This document shows, piece by piece, positions 7,977 through 18,421 of a stretch of DNA of 64,000 nt (the first letter of the stretch is position 1; each line of letters opens with the position of its first letter). The notes under the pieces are model-generated. The model was not told the DNA's origin. It saw nothing but the letters and a program-made list of their open reading frames with translations, and did not search any database. The stretch is from positions 74,867 through 138,866 of the forward strand of contig CAVRQR010000008.1 of NCBI GenBank assembly GCA_963723495.1, given 5' to 3'. This stretch comes from an uncultured Acidobacteriota bacterium. Lineage in GTDB: Bacteria > Acidobacteriota > Vicinamibacteria > Vicinamibacterales > UBA2999. The translations under genes and the position numbers were made by a program.

Positions 7977-9251
7977 ATGATTCAATCCCAGATGAATACA
8001 TCGCGTATCGTGATCGTCGCGCTTGCCTGGATCGCCAGCGTCGCGTTCGTGTCGGCTCAGAAGGTCCATCCCTCGCTCATCCGTAACCATCCCGCTATCG
8101 CGTACGCCACCGCGCCCGTCTCGGATCCGATCGCGCGGTTGAACGACAGGCTGAAGCGCGGTGAGGTCACTCTGGAGAAGCACGGGCCGTCAGGCTACCT
8201 GTCGTCGGTGCTTACGGCGCTCGAGGTGCCGATCGATTCCCAAGTGCTCGTGTTCTCCAAGACCAGCTTCCAGGCACCGCGAATCAACCCAACGAATCCG
8301 CGCGCGATCTTCTTCAACGATACGGTGTCCGTTGGTTGGGTCCGTGGCGGGCCCGTCCTGGAATTCGTCGCGCACGATTCCCGGCAGGGCGCGATCTTCT
8401 ACACGCTGGAACAGTCGGAATCGGGCGGACCTCGGTTCGAGCGCAATGACACCTGCGTGATGTGCCACGTTTCCGACGCAACCCACAACGTGCCCGGCCT
8501 GTTCGTTGGCAGCGTGTTTCCCAGCCCCGAGGGAATCACGATGTACGGGCCCGCGTACACCACGGACCATCGCAGTCCGTTCGAGCTGCGATGGGGCGGT
8601 TGGTTCGTCACGGGTACTCACCACGCAACCCGGCACATGGGTAATGCCATCGCCACCGATCCCTCCGACCTGGCGGCCATGGTGAAGCCCGAGACGGTTC
8701 ATGTGACGAGCCTCGACGGTCGCTTCGACCTGACGGACTACCTCTCCCCTCACAGCGACATCGTGGCGTTGCTCGTGCTGGAGCATCAGGCGCAGATGCT
8801 GAATCTCATCACGCGCGTCGGATGGGAGGCGCGTGTCGGAACCGACGCGCAACGAACCTTCAACACGACGGTCGAGGAGTTCGTCGACTATCTCCTGTTC
8901 ATCGACGAGTCGCCGCTGCCAGGCCCGATCGCCGGTCCGACGACATTCAGCAGGACGTTCAGCAGCAGCGGACCACGAGATGCCAAGGGCCGTTCGCTGC
9001 GCGAACTCGATTTGACGCGGCGGCTGCTGAAGTACCCGTGCAGCTATCTGATCTACTCAGCATCGTTCGATGGACTCCCTGCAGCGGCGAAGGCTGCCGT
9101 ATATCAGCGCCTGTGGGACGTGCTGAACGGGCAGGTGACTGACGAACGCTACCGGACCCTCACGTCCGACGATCGAACGGCCATCATTGAGATTCTGCGA
9201 GATACGAAGAAGGACCTGCCCTCGTACTGGATGGCGAGCCATGGTGAGTGA
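7977..9251 (+). CDS. exported hypothetical protein with a single CXXCH motif
   Basis: 424 aa. The signal-like N-terminus is IVIVALAWIASVAFVSAQ. A CVMCH motif is encoded at 8454-8468. I recognise no family. Confidence 0.7.
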   Translation: MIQSQMNTSRIVIVALAWIASVAFVSAQKVHPSLIRNHPAIAYATAPVSDPIARLNDRLKRGEVTLEKHGPSGYLSSVLTALEVPIDSQVLVFSKTSFQAPRINPTNPRAIFFNDTVSVGWVRGGPVLEFVAHDSRQGAIFYTLEQSESGGPRFERNDTCVMCHVSDATHNVPGLFVGSVFPSPEGITMYGPAYTTDHRSPFELRWGGWFVTGTHHATRHMGNAIATDPSDLAAMVKPETVHVTSLDGRFDLTDYLSPHSDIVALLVLEHQAQMLNLITRVGWEARVGTDAQRTFNTTVEEFVDYLLFIDESPLPGPIAGPTTFSRTFSSSGPRDAKGRSLRELDLTRRLLKYPCSYLIYSASFDGLPAAAKAAVYQRLWDVLNGQVTDERYRTLTSDDRTAIIEILRDTKKDLPSYWMASHGE

Positions 9252-9284
9252 ACACCCATCCAACCCGTATAATTTCTCTCGCGC

Positions 9285-11540
<2,256 letters not shown>

Positions 11541-11581
11541 TAGGCCGGTCCTGCTTTGTGGACCCGGCGCATTTCGAGCTC

Positions 11582-12499
11582 CTACTTGGCGCCTTTGACC
11601 GGGAGCGGCGGATCAGTCTTGCACCCTGACGGACTGAACTTCGATCCATCCGGTTCCAGCCTGAAGTTGGTGCTCGTGTAGAACGCGCCGTTCAGGTATC
11701 TCGGATCCTCGACGATTGTCATCACATGGAGCCAAACATCCCCATTCGGATGTGCGGGCAGCCGCTGAATGTATTCGGTAATCGACGCCTGCTCGCTGTA
11801 CGGCACCCCGTTCTTGCGCAGGTACCCCTCGCGAAAATTCGTCGTCACGACCTTGAGACTGCCACCGCTGTTGATGGCCGCCTGCCCGCGTGGCGGCGGT
11901 CCGCCGCGAAGCCCCTGGCCTCCTCCGCCCGGCACACCGCGCGACAGGATGCCGCCACCAGTCGCACGCGGATCCGTCGCAGGTGCGCCTCGGCCCACAC
12001 CGGGGCCTTCCCACTGCGCGATCGAGAGCCCCTGCCACGTCTTCTCTGCGGGCGCTGCGGCCGCGCGATCGAAGTTCAGCAGCCGTGTCTGCGTGCCGGC
12101 ATCGAACTCGAGCTTGAGCGTCTGATCGTCCTGCCATGAAATCCGGAGGCGCGTCGGTTGACGCATGATCCCGCCGACGCCGAACGCCTTGCACTGATTG
12201 CCGCTCGCATTGTCGGCATTGAGATCCCAGCTCTGAGCGGCCTTGCGGCCTTCAGGACTGACGGGGATGCTCGCCACATCGCCCGTCGGCGGTGTCACCA
12301 TGCGCCAGCGCCAATCCTCGCTGACGACAGACACCCAGGTGCCGGTGAGATCAGCCGGTGCAGCCTGACGCGCGGTCTGCGGTGGACCAGGAGGACCAGC
12401 CTGACCACGTCCACGCCCCTGGCCAGCAGCGTCGATGCTTGCGAGAGCGATCGCGAGGCAGAGCGAGAAGGCTCCGAGGACAACAGCACGCATCCTCAT
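11582..12499 (-). CDS. exported hypothetical protein, paralogue 3 of the operon module (Gly-rich insert)
   Basis: The start ATG 12499 overlaps the upstream stop as ATGA. Signal peptide MRMRAVVLGAFSLCLAIALASIDAAG. Shares DLTGTW...C...W(Q/E)G... features with the two upstream proteins. Confidence 0.75.
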   Translation of the reverse strand: MRMRAVVLGAFSLCLAIALASIDAAGQGRGRGQAGPPGPPQTARQAAPADLTGTWVSVVSEDWRWRMVTPPTGDVASIPVSPEGRKAAQSWDLNADNASGNQCKAFGVGGIMRQPTRLRISWQDDQTLKLEFDAGTQTRLLNFDRAAAAPAEKTWQGLSIAQWEGPGVGRGAPATDPRATGGGILSRGVPGGGGQGLRGGPPPRGQAAINSGGSLKVVTTNFREGYLRKNGVPYSEQASITEYIQRLPAHPNGDVWLHVMTIVEDPRYLNGAFYTSTNFRLEPDGSKFSPSGCKTDPPLPVKGAK

Positions 12500-14277
12500 C
12501 GCGCGCTCCTCGGCCCGGCAGAACCTGCCGACGCGCTCAACTCGCGATAAATGGCCTCGATAAACATCGCCGTCGTCCATGGTCCCGTGTCCGTGCCGTA
12601 GCGGCCGTCGTAGTCGAGCGTCGGCCGGGCAGCCCTGACCTGCTCGAGTGTCATTTTCTTTTCAACCATGCTGCGAATGCGGTCGCGGATGATCACGAGC
12701 ATGTCGCGGTACATCAGGACGTCGTTCTGATCGCTGATTCGTCCGTGACCCGGGATGACGTAGGTGCCAGCTTCTTCGAGCATCTTGCTCGGCACGGCCA
12801 GATCCAGGATCCGGTTCAAGCCTGCGATCGTGCCGTCAATGCTGCCGGCGTTGGCGAGGTCAATGACCGGGTAGGTGTCGGTCCGAAACAAATCGCCCGC
12901 GGCGATGACGTCGGATCGCCTGAACATGACCACCGTGCCTGTGTCATCCGATGTGGCTTCGTCGTGGAACAACAGGACGGGCTCGCCGTTGAAGGGAAAG
13001 TCGCGGCTACCCTCGAAGTAGGTGTTGAACGGGCGCGCCGCATCGGGAACGCCGCCCTTGATCATCCGTGCCGCTGCGTTTTCGTGCGCCACGATCGCCG
13101 CGATGTTGCCGTTCACCGTGCGGCCGGCCTTTGAGATCGCCTCGTTGCCGCCGGTGTGATTGGCGTTCATCCCGGTGTTCACGACCCACCGGATTTCCTT
13201 ACCGGGTGCGAGTTCCTTGATTGCCGCGAGGACCTTGTCACTCGTGCCGGCCTCTCCGGTGTCGACGACGAGCACGCCATCCTGTCCCACCTGGACGGCA
13301 ATGTTCGCGCCAGCGCCCACGATCATGTGCACGTTGCCCTGCACGTGAACCGCCTTGACCTCGCCCTGGGCGAGGCGCTGCGGCAGAACTTCCGGCGCGA
13401 AACCGCCGTTGGCACCTGGACGTGGGGCCGCCAGCTTCGCACCCGGCTTCCACTCAGGCAGCAATGTTTCGGCACCGCCGCGCACACCGGCTTCGGGCAT
13501 CGCGTGCTTCGCTGAAAACTCGCCAATCCACGGATTGGCGCCCGGCAGGTAGTGCGGGACCTCGTTCTTGTCCTTCGGCACCTCCATCACGTACTCGCAG
13601 TTGTAGAGCCAGTTCGTGTTTCCGCGCTCCATGAGCACGAACTCCTGGCTGCGAATGTACGGCTCGGTCAGGTAGACCGGATCCGTGGCGATCGTCACCT
13701 GCGACAGGACATTGCCGTGGCGCATCCAGTGCTCCACCACGGTAATGCGGTCGCTCGCCGGAATCCCGGTGCGTCGGAAGTAGCCCGCCTTGATGTGCGT
13801 GGTCGTGATGGTCAGGGTGTCGCCGTTCCACACGCCGGTCGAGAACCCCATGAACGTGTGCGGCGCGTACTCGGGAGGGTGCGGACGGCCATCCATCCAG
13901 ATCGTCCGCTGTTGCTGATACGTGCCCAGGTGCATCCGGATCGCGATGAGCTCCTGCGTATCGAGGTTGTGCTCCTGCCAGATTCGGAACTGATTCGGCC
14001 CGAAGAACATGTAGGGCAGCGTGTAGGGCGCGCACTGGTGCTCGAGAACGGAGTGACGCGCCACGTCCCAGCTGTCTCCGAACAGACGAGCGGCGTCGTT
14101 GATCGGCACCCCGCTGAAATCTCCGGGCTCTTCACCGGGAACACGATCCGGCTGGTCTTCGTGATAACGGCCGTTCCACTCGCCCACGAAGTTGATTTGC
14201 GCAAACACTGGCCCGGCCGCCAGCACGGCCAACGCCCAGGCCGTCATCACGACGCGCCGGTTGATGAAATTCGTCAT
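12496..14277 (-). CDS. exported two-domain protein: uncharacterised N-terminal module (paralogue 2) plus C-terminal MBL-fold domain with a degenerate metal motif
   Basis: The real start is ATG 14277 (MTNFINRRVVMTAWALAVLAAGPVFAQ), overlapping the upstream stop as ATGA. The C-terminal half reads VLVVDTGE...WVVNTGMNANHTGGN...IPGHG, an MBL topology. The 793-aa upstream extension is Arg-rich junk. Confidence 0.8.
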   Translation of the reverse strand: MTNFINRRVVMTAWALAVLAAGPVFAQINFVGEWNGRYHEDQPDRVPGEEPGDFSGVPINDAARLFGDSWDVARHSVLEHQCAPYTLPYMFFGPNQFRIWQEHNLDTQELIAIRMHLGTYQQQRTIWMDGRPHPPEYAPHTFMGFSTGVWNGDTLTITTTHIKAGYFRRTGIPASDRITVVEHWMRHGNVLSQVTIATDPVYLTEPYIRSQEFVLMERGNTNWLYNCEYVMEVPKDKNEVPHYLPGANPWIGEFSAKHAMPEAGVRGGAETLLPEWKPGAKLAAPRPGANGGFAPEVLPQRLAQGEVKAVHVQGNVHMIVGAGANIAVQVGQDGVLVVDTGEAGTSDKVLAAIKELAPGKEIRWVVNTGMNANHTGGNEAISKAGRTVNGNIAAIVAHENAAARMIKGGVPDAARPFNTYFEGSRDFPFNGEPVLLFHDEATSDDTGTVVMFRRSDVIAAGDLFRTDTYPVIDLANAGSIDGTIAGLNRILDLAVPSKMLEEAGTYVIPGHGRISDQNDVLMYRDMLVIIRDRIRSMVEKKMTLEQVRAARPTLDYDGRYGTDTGPWTTAMFIEAIYRELSASAGSAGPRSAR

Positions 14278-15128
14278 CGTACTTGCGCCTTCGACGTCGT
14301 GCTCTGCAGGTGCTCGTTCAAATCCGGAAGGCATGACACCTCCTGGATATCCACATCGTCGACGCGATTGAAACGCTTGGTGCTCTTCCATTCGCCTTCC
14401 CAGTACTCCGGGTCGGTCATGGTGTACTCGATCTCGAGCTGCTTGCCGTCGTTGATCAGACGAATGCGTTCGACGACATGCAGCTGCTCGCCGGCAGGAA
14501 TCGACGCGCCACCCTGATCCATCCAGTGGTGGTCGGGGCGGAAACCGATCGTGTCCACCACCAGAGTGTCGCCTTCCCAATGACCGATCGATTCGCCGTT
14601 GAAGGTACGAACGATGATGTCCGGCTCGGTATGAGGTCGGCCGTCGAGATACACGATCCGCAGGCTGTTCATGAATCCGCTGACCATGTAGATCGCGGTC
14701 GGGATCTGGATCATCGCCATGGGCCAGTAGCGCGTCATGATGAGCGGAAGGCCCGCCGGCCAGCACTGCCCGATATCGTCGCGATAGACCTTGCCCTCCT
14801 TCGCGGCTTTCTGCGACGCGTCGAAATGCACTTGTGCGGCCGGTGTCAGCTTGGGATACGGCGGACCGAACCGCCACGCATCCGGACTTTCACTGACATC
14901 GATGAACCAGTTCCCGGTCAGGTCGAACGGAGCGGCCGGACGAGGCTTCTTGATGTTTGCAGGTGCAAGGGCACTCAGCTGTACTCCCGGCTCGGCAGCA
15001 GCCGCCGTCCCAGATTCGGGCGCGGGCGCCGGCGCCGGAGCAGGAGCGGGCGCAGTGTTACATGCCGAGATGGTCATGCTCGCAGCCGTCGCAATGGCCA
15101 CGGCCGTTCGGCTCAATCTCACGCTCAT
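14274..15128 (-). CDS. lipoprotein, paralogue 1 of the operon module
   Basis: Signal plus lipobox-like MTISAC, then a (PA)n linker. The body reads FDLTGNWF...QCWPAGLP...VYLDGRPH...GESIGHWEGDTLVVDT... Confidence 0.8.
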   Translation of the reverse strand: MSVRLSRTAVAIATAASMTISACNTAPAPAPAPAPAPESGTAAAAEPGVQLSALAPANIKKPRPAAPFDLTGNWFIDVSESPDAWRFGPPYPKLTPAAQVHFDASQKAAKEGKVYRDDIGQCWPAGLPLIMTRYWPMAMIQIPTAIYMVSGFMNSLRIVYLDGRPHTEPDIIVRTFNGESIGHWEGDTLVVDTIGFRPDHHWMDQGGASIPAGEQLHVVERIRLINDGKQLEIEYTMTDPEYWEGEWKSTKRFNRVDDVDIQEVSCLPDLNEHLQSTTSKAQVR

Positions 15129-15158
15129 GATGGCTGTCTGCCTCCGAAACTCTACGCG

Positions 15159-15560
15159 CTACTTCGAGTCGGGCGTGCCAAGACGCGCGGGCCGTTCAGT
15201 CAGCTCACGACCGTCCGCGAGAATCAGCTTTCGGAAAATCCCTGCCGGCTCCCCCGTACGGATGGGATTGACAATGACCGTCACCTGGTCGCCGGGCTTG
15301 ATCGTGTTCGACTTCCAGCCGGCACGAATCAAGTAGGTCGGGCTGGTCAGCTCGACGCCCCACAGCACCACTTTGCCATTGGCATCCGGCACATTGACTT
15401 CAATCCAGGTGTGCGGGTTCTGCCACCGGAACTCCTTCACCGTACCTTTTAGGGTGACCTCCCTCGTACGGTCGAATGGGGCCGGCGAGTGATGCGCAAG
15501 AGCGGGAGCGATTCCCGCCAGCATCACGACCAGCGCACATCCGATCGATGCCTTCCTCAT
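15159..15560 (-). CDS. small exported protein, DUF6152-like
   Basis: 133 aa. The signal ends in ...APALA, then HHSPAPFD...FRWQNPHTWIEV..., as I recall for DUF6152. It is the first gene of the operon. Confidence 0.75.
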   Translation of the reverse strand: MRKASIGCALVVMLAGIAPALAHHSPAPFDRTREVTLKGTVKEFRWQNPHTWIEVNVPDANGKVVLWGVELTSPTYLIRAGWKSNTIKPGDQVTVIVNPIRTGEPAGIFRKLILADGRELTERPARLGTPDSK

Positions 15561-15752
15561 TGATCCTCCTGTGGACCGGGTCCCATCTCCCCATTATTAC
15601 GGATGTCCACCTTGGATGAGCTACTGCGAGTGGCGCACTCGATGGCACACGACAGCGGTCTGGTGGCCGCTCATTCTATCGTCTCGCGCCAGGAAGATCT
15701 CTGCCGCGCTCGGATGTGTCACGGACACTGCGGTGATCCGCCAAAATCGTAC

Positions 15753-15780
15753 TTGCACGACGGCGAGTCAAAGGTAAGAT
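15753..15780 (+). promoter_or_regulatory. candidate sigma70-type promoter for the 15812 gene
   Basis: TTGCAC (15753-15758), a 16-nt spacer, then TAAGAT (15775-15780), about 30 nt upstream of the ATG. Confidence 0.35.
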
Positions 15781-15811
15781 CGCCCTTCGCACTTTTGAAA
15801 CGAACGACGAC

Positions 15812-17230
15812 ATGCCAGCGGTATCAGAATTCGTCCACCATCACGATGAGACGTTGACCTCGACAGCACGCGAGCTGCCGGCCGATTCCCAGCGAGCAGA
15901 ACGCGAGGCGGCCGCTTTCGAATTGCGCCATGCCTTCTGCGCGCAACTGAAGGCGTCACGCGAGCGGAAGGGCATCAGCCTTCAGCTGATTGCTGAAAGC
16001 ACGAAGGTCAACGAAGGGCTTTTCGCCGAACTCGAGCGATGCAACCTCTCGCGCTGGCCCACAGGGCTGTACCGAAGGGCGTTCATCCGCGAATACGCGG
16101 CCGCTGTGGGCCTGCCGGCAGAATCGACCGTCGTCGAATTCGTTCGACTCTTTCCCGAGGAGCTCGAGAGTGCGCCCTCCGAGGTACTCGCCCCAGGACC
16201 GCTGCGGCTGACACTGGCACCACCGTTTTGGCGCCAGCTCTCACCCATGTACGCCGTCGCCGCTGGTATCGATCTGGTGATGGTCCTCGCGGGTGCTGTT
16301 GCCATCGCGCAACTGGCGCAGGTAGATCTGTGGGTGGCCTTCAGCCTGATGGCAGTCGCTTATCACACGGTAGGTACATCGCTCCGAGGATGCAGCCTCG
16401 GCACATGGTGGATTCGCATGCGCAAACGACGACAACCATCGAAAGCACCGTTCGCTCTCTTACTTGTTCTCGCACTCGCAACTCCGGCGTCCGCTCAGCA
16501 GACCCCGTTCAAGCCTGAAGTCGGACAAGCGGGCAAGGACGTCGTGTGGGTCCCGACCCCGGAAGTCATGGTCGAACGAATGCTCGACCTGGCAAAGGTG
16601 ACACCGCAGGACTTCGTCATCGACCTGGGCTCCGGAGACGGACGCAACGTCATCGGCGCTGCCAAGCGCGGTGCGTCGGCACTCGGTGTCGAATACAACC
16701 CCAACATGGTCGAACTGTCGCGGCAGCTGGCGAAGGAGGCCGGCGTGGCTGACAAGGCACAGTTCGTCGAGGGAGACATGTTCGTCGCCGACATCTCGAA
16801 GGCGAGCGTCATGGCGCTGTTCCTGTTGCCCAGCAACCTGCTTCGTCTGCGAGACAAATTCGTCGAGCTGCGTCCAGGCACGCGCATCGTGTCCAACACG
16901 TTCAGCATCCAGGACTGGCAGGCCGACGAGACGGTGACGATTGACGATTGTCAGCAGTGGTGCACCGCCATGCTCTACATCGTCCCGGCGAAGATCGGCG
17001 GGACGTGGCGCGCTGGCTCCGACGTGCTCGAGCTGAAACAGGAGTTCCAGATGCTCTCCGGAACGTTGACCTCCGGCGGCCAGTCGACGCCCGTGTCCGG
17101 ATCTCTGCGCGGCACGGATCTCACACTCAAGGCGGGCGACCGTTCGATCACGGGCCGCGTCCAGGGAAATCAGATCGACGGCACGATCGTGAACGGAAGC
17201 GCGAAGTCGTCCTTCCGCGCGACGCGATAA
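15812..17230 (+). CDS. RodZ-like HTH membrane protein running in frame into a signal-peptide-bearing class I SAM methyltransferase (possibly two genes; second start at 16418)
   Basis: The N-terminus RERKGISLQLIAESTKVNEGLFAELE...YRRAFIREYA is an XRE/RodZ-type HTH, followed by TM helices. From ATG 16418 the sequence reads MRKRRQPSKAPFALLLVLALATPASAQQ, then VIDLGSGDGRNVIGAAKRGASALGVEYNP (SAM motif I). No stop codon lies between the two parts. Confidence 0.7.
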   Translation: MPAVSEFVHHHDETLTSTARELPADSQRAEREAAAFELRHAFCAQLKASRERKGISLQLIAESTKVNEGLFAELERCNLSRWPTGLYRRAFIREYAAAVGLPAESTVVEFVRLFPEELESAPSEVLAPGPLRLTLAPPFWRQLSPMYAVAAGIDLVMVLAGAVAIAQLAQVDLWVAFSLMAVAYHTVGTSLRGCSLGTWWIRMRKRRQPSKAPFALLLVLALATPASAQQTPFKPEVGQAGKDVVWVPTPEVMVERMLDLAKVTPQDFVIDLGSGDGRNVIGAAKRGASALGVEYNPNMVELSRQLAKEAGVADKAQFVEGDMFVADISKASVMALFLLPSNLLRLRDKFVELRPGTRIVSNTFSIQDWQADETVTIDDCQQWCTAMLYIVPAKIGGTWRAGSDVLELKQEFQMLSGTLTSGGQSTPVSGSLRGTDLTLKAGDRSITGRVQGNQIDGTIVNGSAKSSFRATR

Positions 17231-17334
17231 CAACTCCAAATTCCCCGACTTCCAACCTCCAACTTCCAAATCCTCGATGCTCGAGGCATCGGGAGTTGGC
17301 CCTTTGGGAGTTGCTGGAGTTGGGAGTTCTTCAG
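17231..17334. repeat. long imperfect palindrome, word family CCAACTCC/GGAGTTGG, between convergent genes (likely bidirectional terminator)
   Basis: The C/A-rich arm is caactccaaattccccgacttccaacctccaacttccaaatcctcgatgc. The centre is tcgag. The G/T-rich arm is gcatcgggagttggccctttgggagttgctggagttgggagttc. Confidence 0.75.
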
Positions 17335-17338
17335 AGTC

Positions 17339-18220
17339 CTACCGGCTCGCCGTCGACTCGGTCCGGCGAACGATCTGCGCGAAGTAGTTCGTGACGCCGT
17401 CTGGATCCGACAGCCAGATCGTACGCAGGCCCGCGCTGAAGTTCCCAAGTGGCGTATCGATCTTCACGCCGTGCGCCTTGGCCTTCGCGTCGACGGCTTC
17501 CACATCCGAGACCACGTACTGAATACCGGCGCTCCGTGTGTTCGCCGGCAGTCCCTTTCCGAACGACCACACGTTGACCGTCGTGGTCCCGTGGCGATAC
17601 GGGTATCGGGTCGTCCCGAGCAGGGCATCCTCCACCGGCGGGAGCTCTTCGAGTCCGACGAAGTCGCGATAGAACGCGCGGCTCTTCTCGAGATCGGACA
17701 CGGTCAGGCCGACCTCATACGACTGATACACGTCGGCGGACGCGCCGGGTGCGATGACGAGCTCGACCCACTGGTTCGCCGGATCGAGCACCATCGCCAC
17801 TCGTTTGTTCCCGCGGCCCGCACGAAACACCGGTGCCGTGTACCCGTGCTGAACGAATCTGGCCGTGACGGCGGCTTCATCCGGATAGAAGAACGTGAAG
17901 ACACGTAACCCGGTGACGTCGCGTACCGGTCCGGTCTTGTACTCGCCGGCCGCGGCAGTGAACTGCAGTTTGACCTGCCCGGATCCGATCTCGAACAGCA
18001 TCATCTGTCCACCGCCAGGCATATTCAGCGACGGCAACTGCTTCAGACCGAGCACTTCGCTGTAGAAGCTCGCCATCCTGGCCGGTTCGACGGCGAAGCG
18101 CCGGAACACGTTCATCGACGGCTGCGTCGACAGCGACGCCAGGGATACAGCTTCGCCGGACTGCGCGGCGGCAGGAAGTGCCGCCAGGACGAGCATGCAC
18201 GCAAACAGAAATGACTTCAT
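17339..18220 (-). CDS. VOC (glyoxalase/bleomycin-resistance) family protein, exported, two VOC modules
   Basis: ATG 18220 (MKSFLFACMLVLAALPAAAQ) is preceded by GGAGA. Two repeats of VOC-like beta-alpha-beta segments are present (FYSEVLGLK..., FYRDFVGLEE...). Confidence 0.75.
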   Translation of the reverse strand: MKSFLFACMLVLAALPAAAQSGEAVSLASLSTQPSMNVFRRFAVEPARMASFYSEVLGLKQLPSLNMPGGGQMMLFEIGSGQVKLQFTAAAGEYKTGPVRDVTGLRVFTFFYPDEAAVTARFVQHGYTAPVFRAGRGNKRVAMVLDPANQWVELVIAPGASADVYQSYEVGLTVSDLEKSRAFYRDFVGLEELPPVEDALLGTTRYPYRHGTTTVNVWSFGKGLPANTRSAGIQYVVSDVEAVDAKAKAHGVKIDTPLGNFSAGLRTIWLSDPDGVTNYFAQIVRRTESTASR

Positions 18221-18421
18221 CGATGTCTCCACGCGATTCCGAAAGGAGCGGCGCATCACGATGTCGAAAATGGTAGGCGTTCCGGTCGGCCTTCACAACT
18301 AGTTCCGGATCCGTCGGATTTCTGGGCGGGGATGCCCTTAAATCCAGCGGGACTCAAGTACTCACAATTCTGTCTTCCAGCGCGAAGTCGTTGCGCGACA
18401 ACGAGATTCACTCGAACCGCT

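Noticed and set aside
14278-14877. The 200-codon N-terminal extension of the 793-aa ORF 12496..14877.
   Set aside because: The extension is Arg-rich junk that overlaps the upstream lipoprotein gene in another frame. A proper start plus signal peptide (MTNFINRR...) sits at 14277 in an ATGA overlap.
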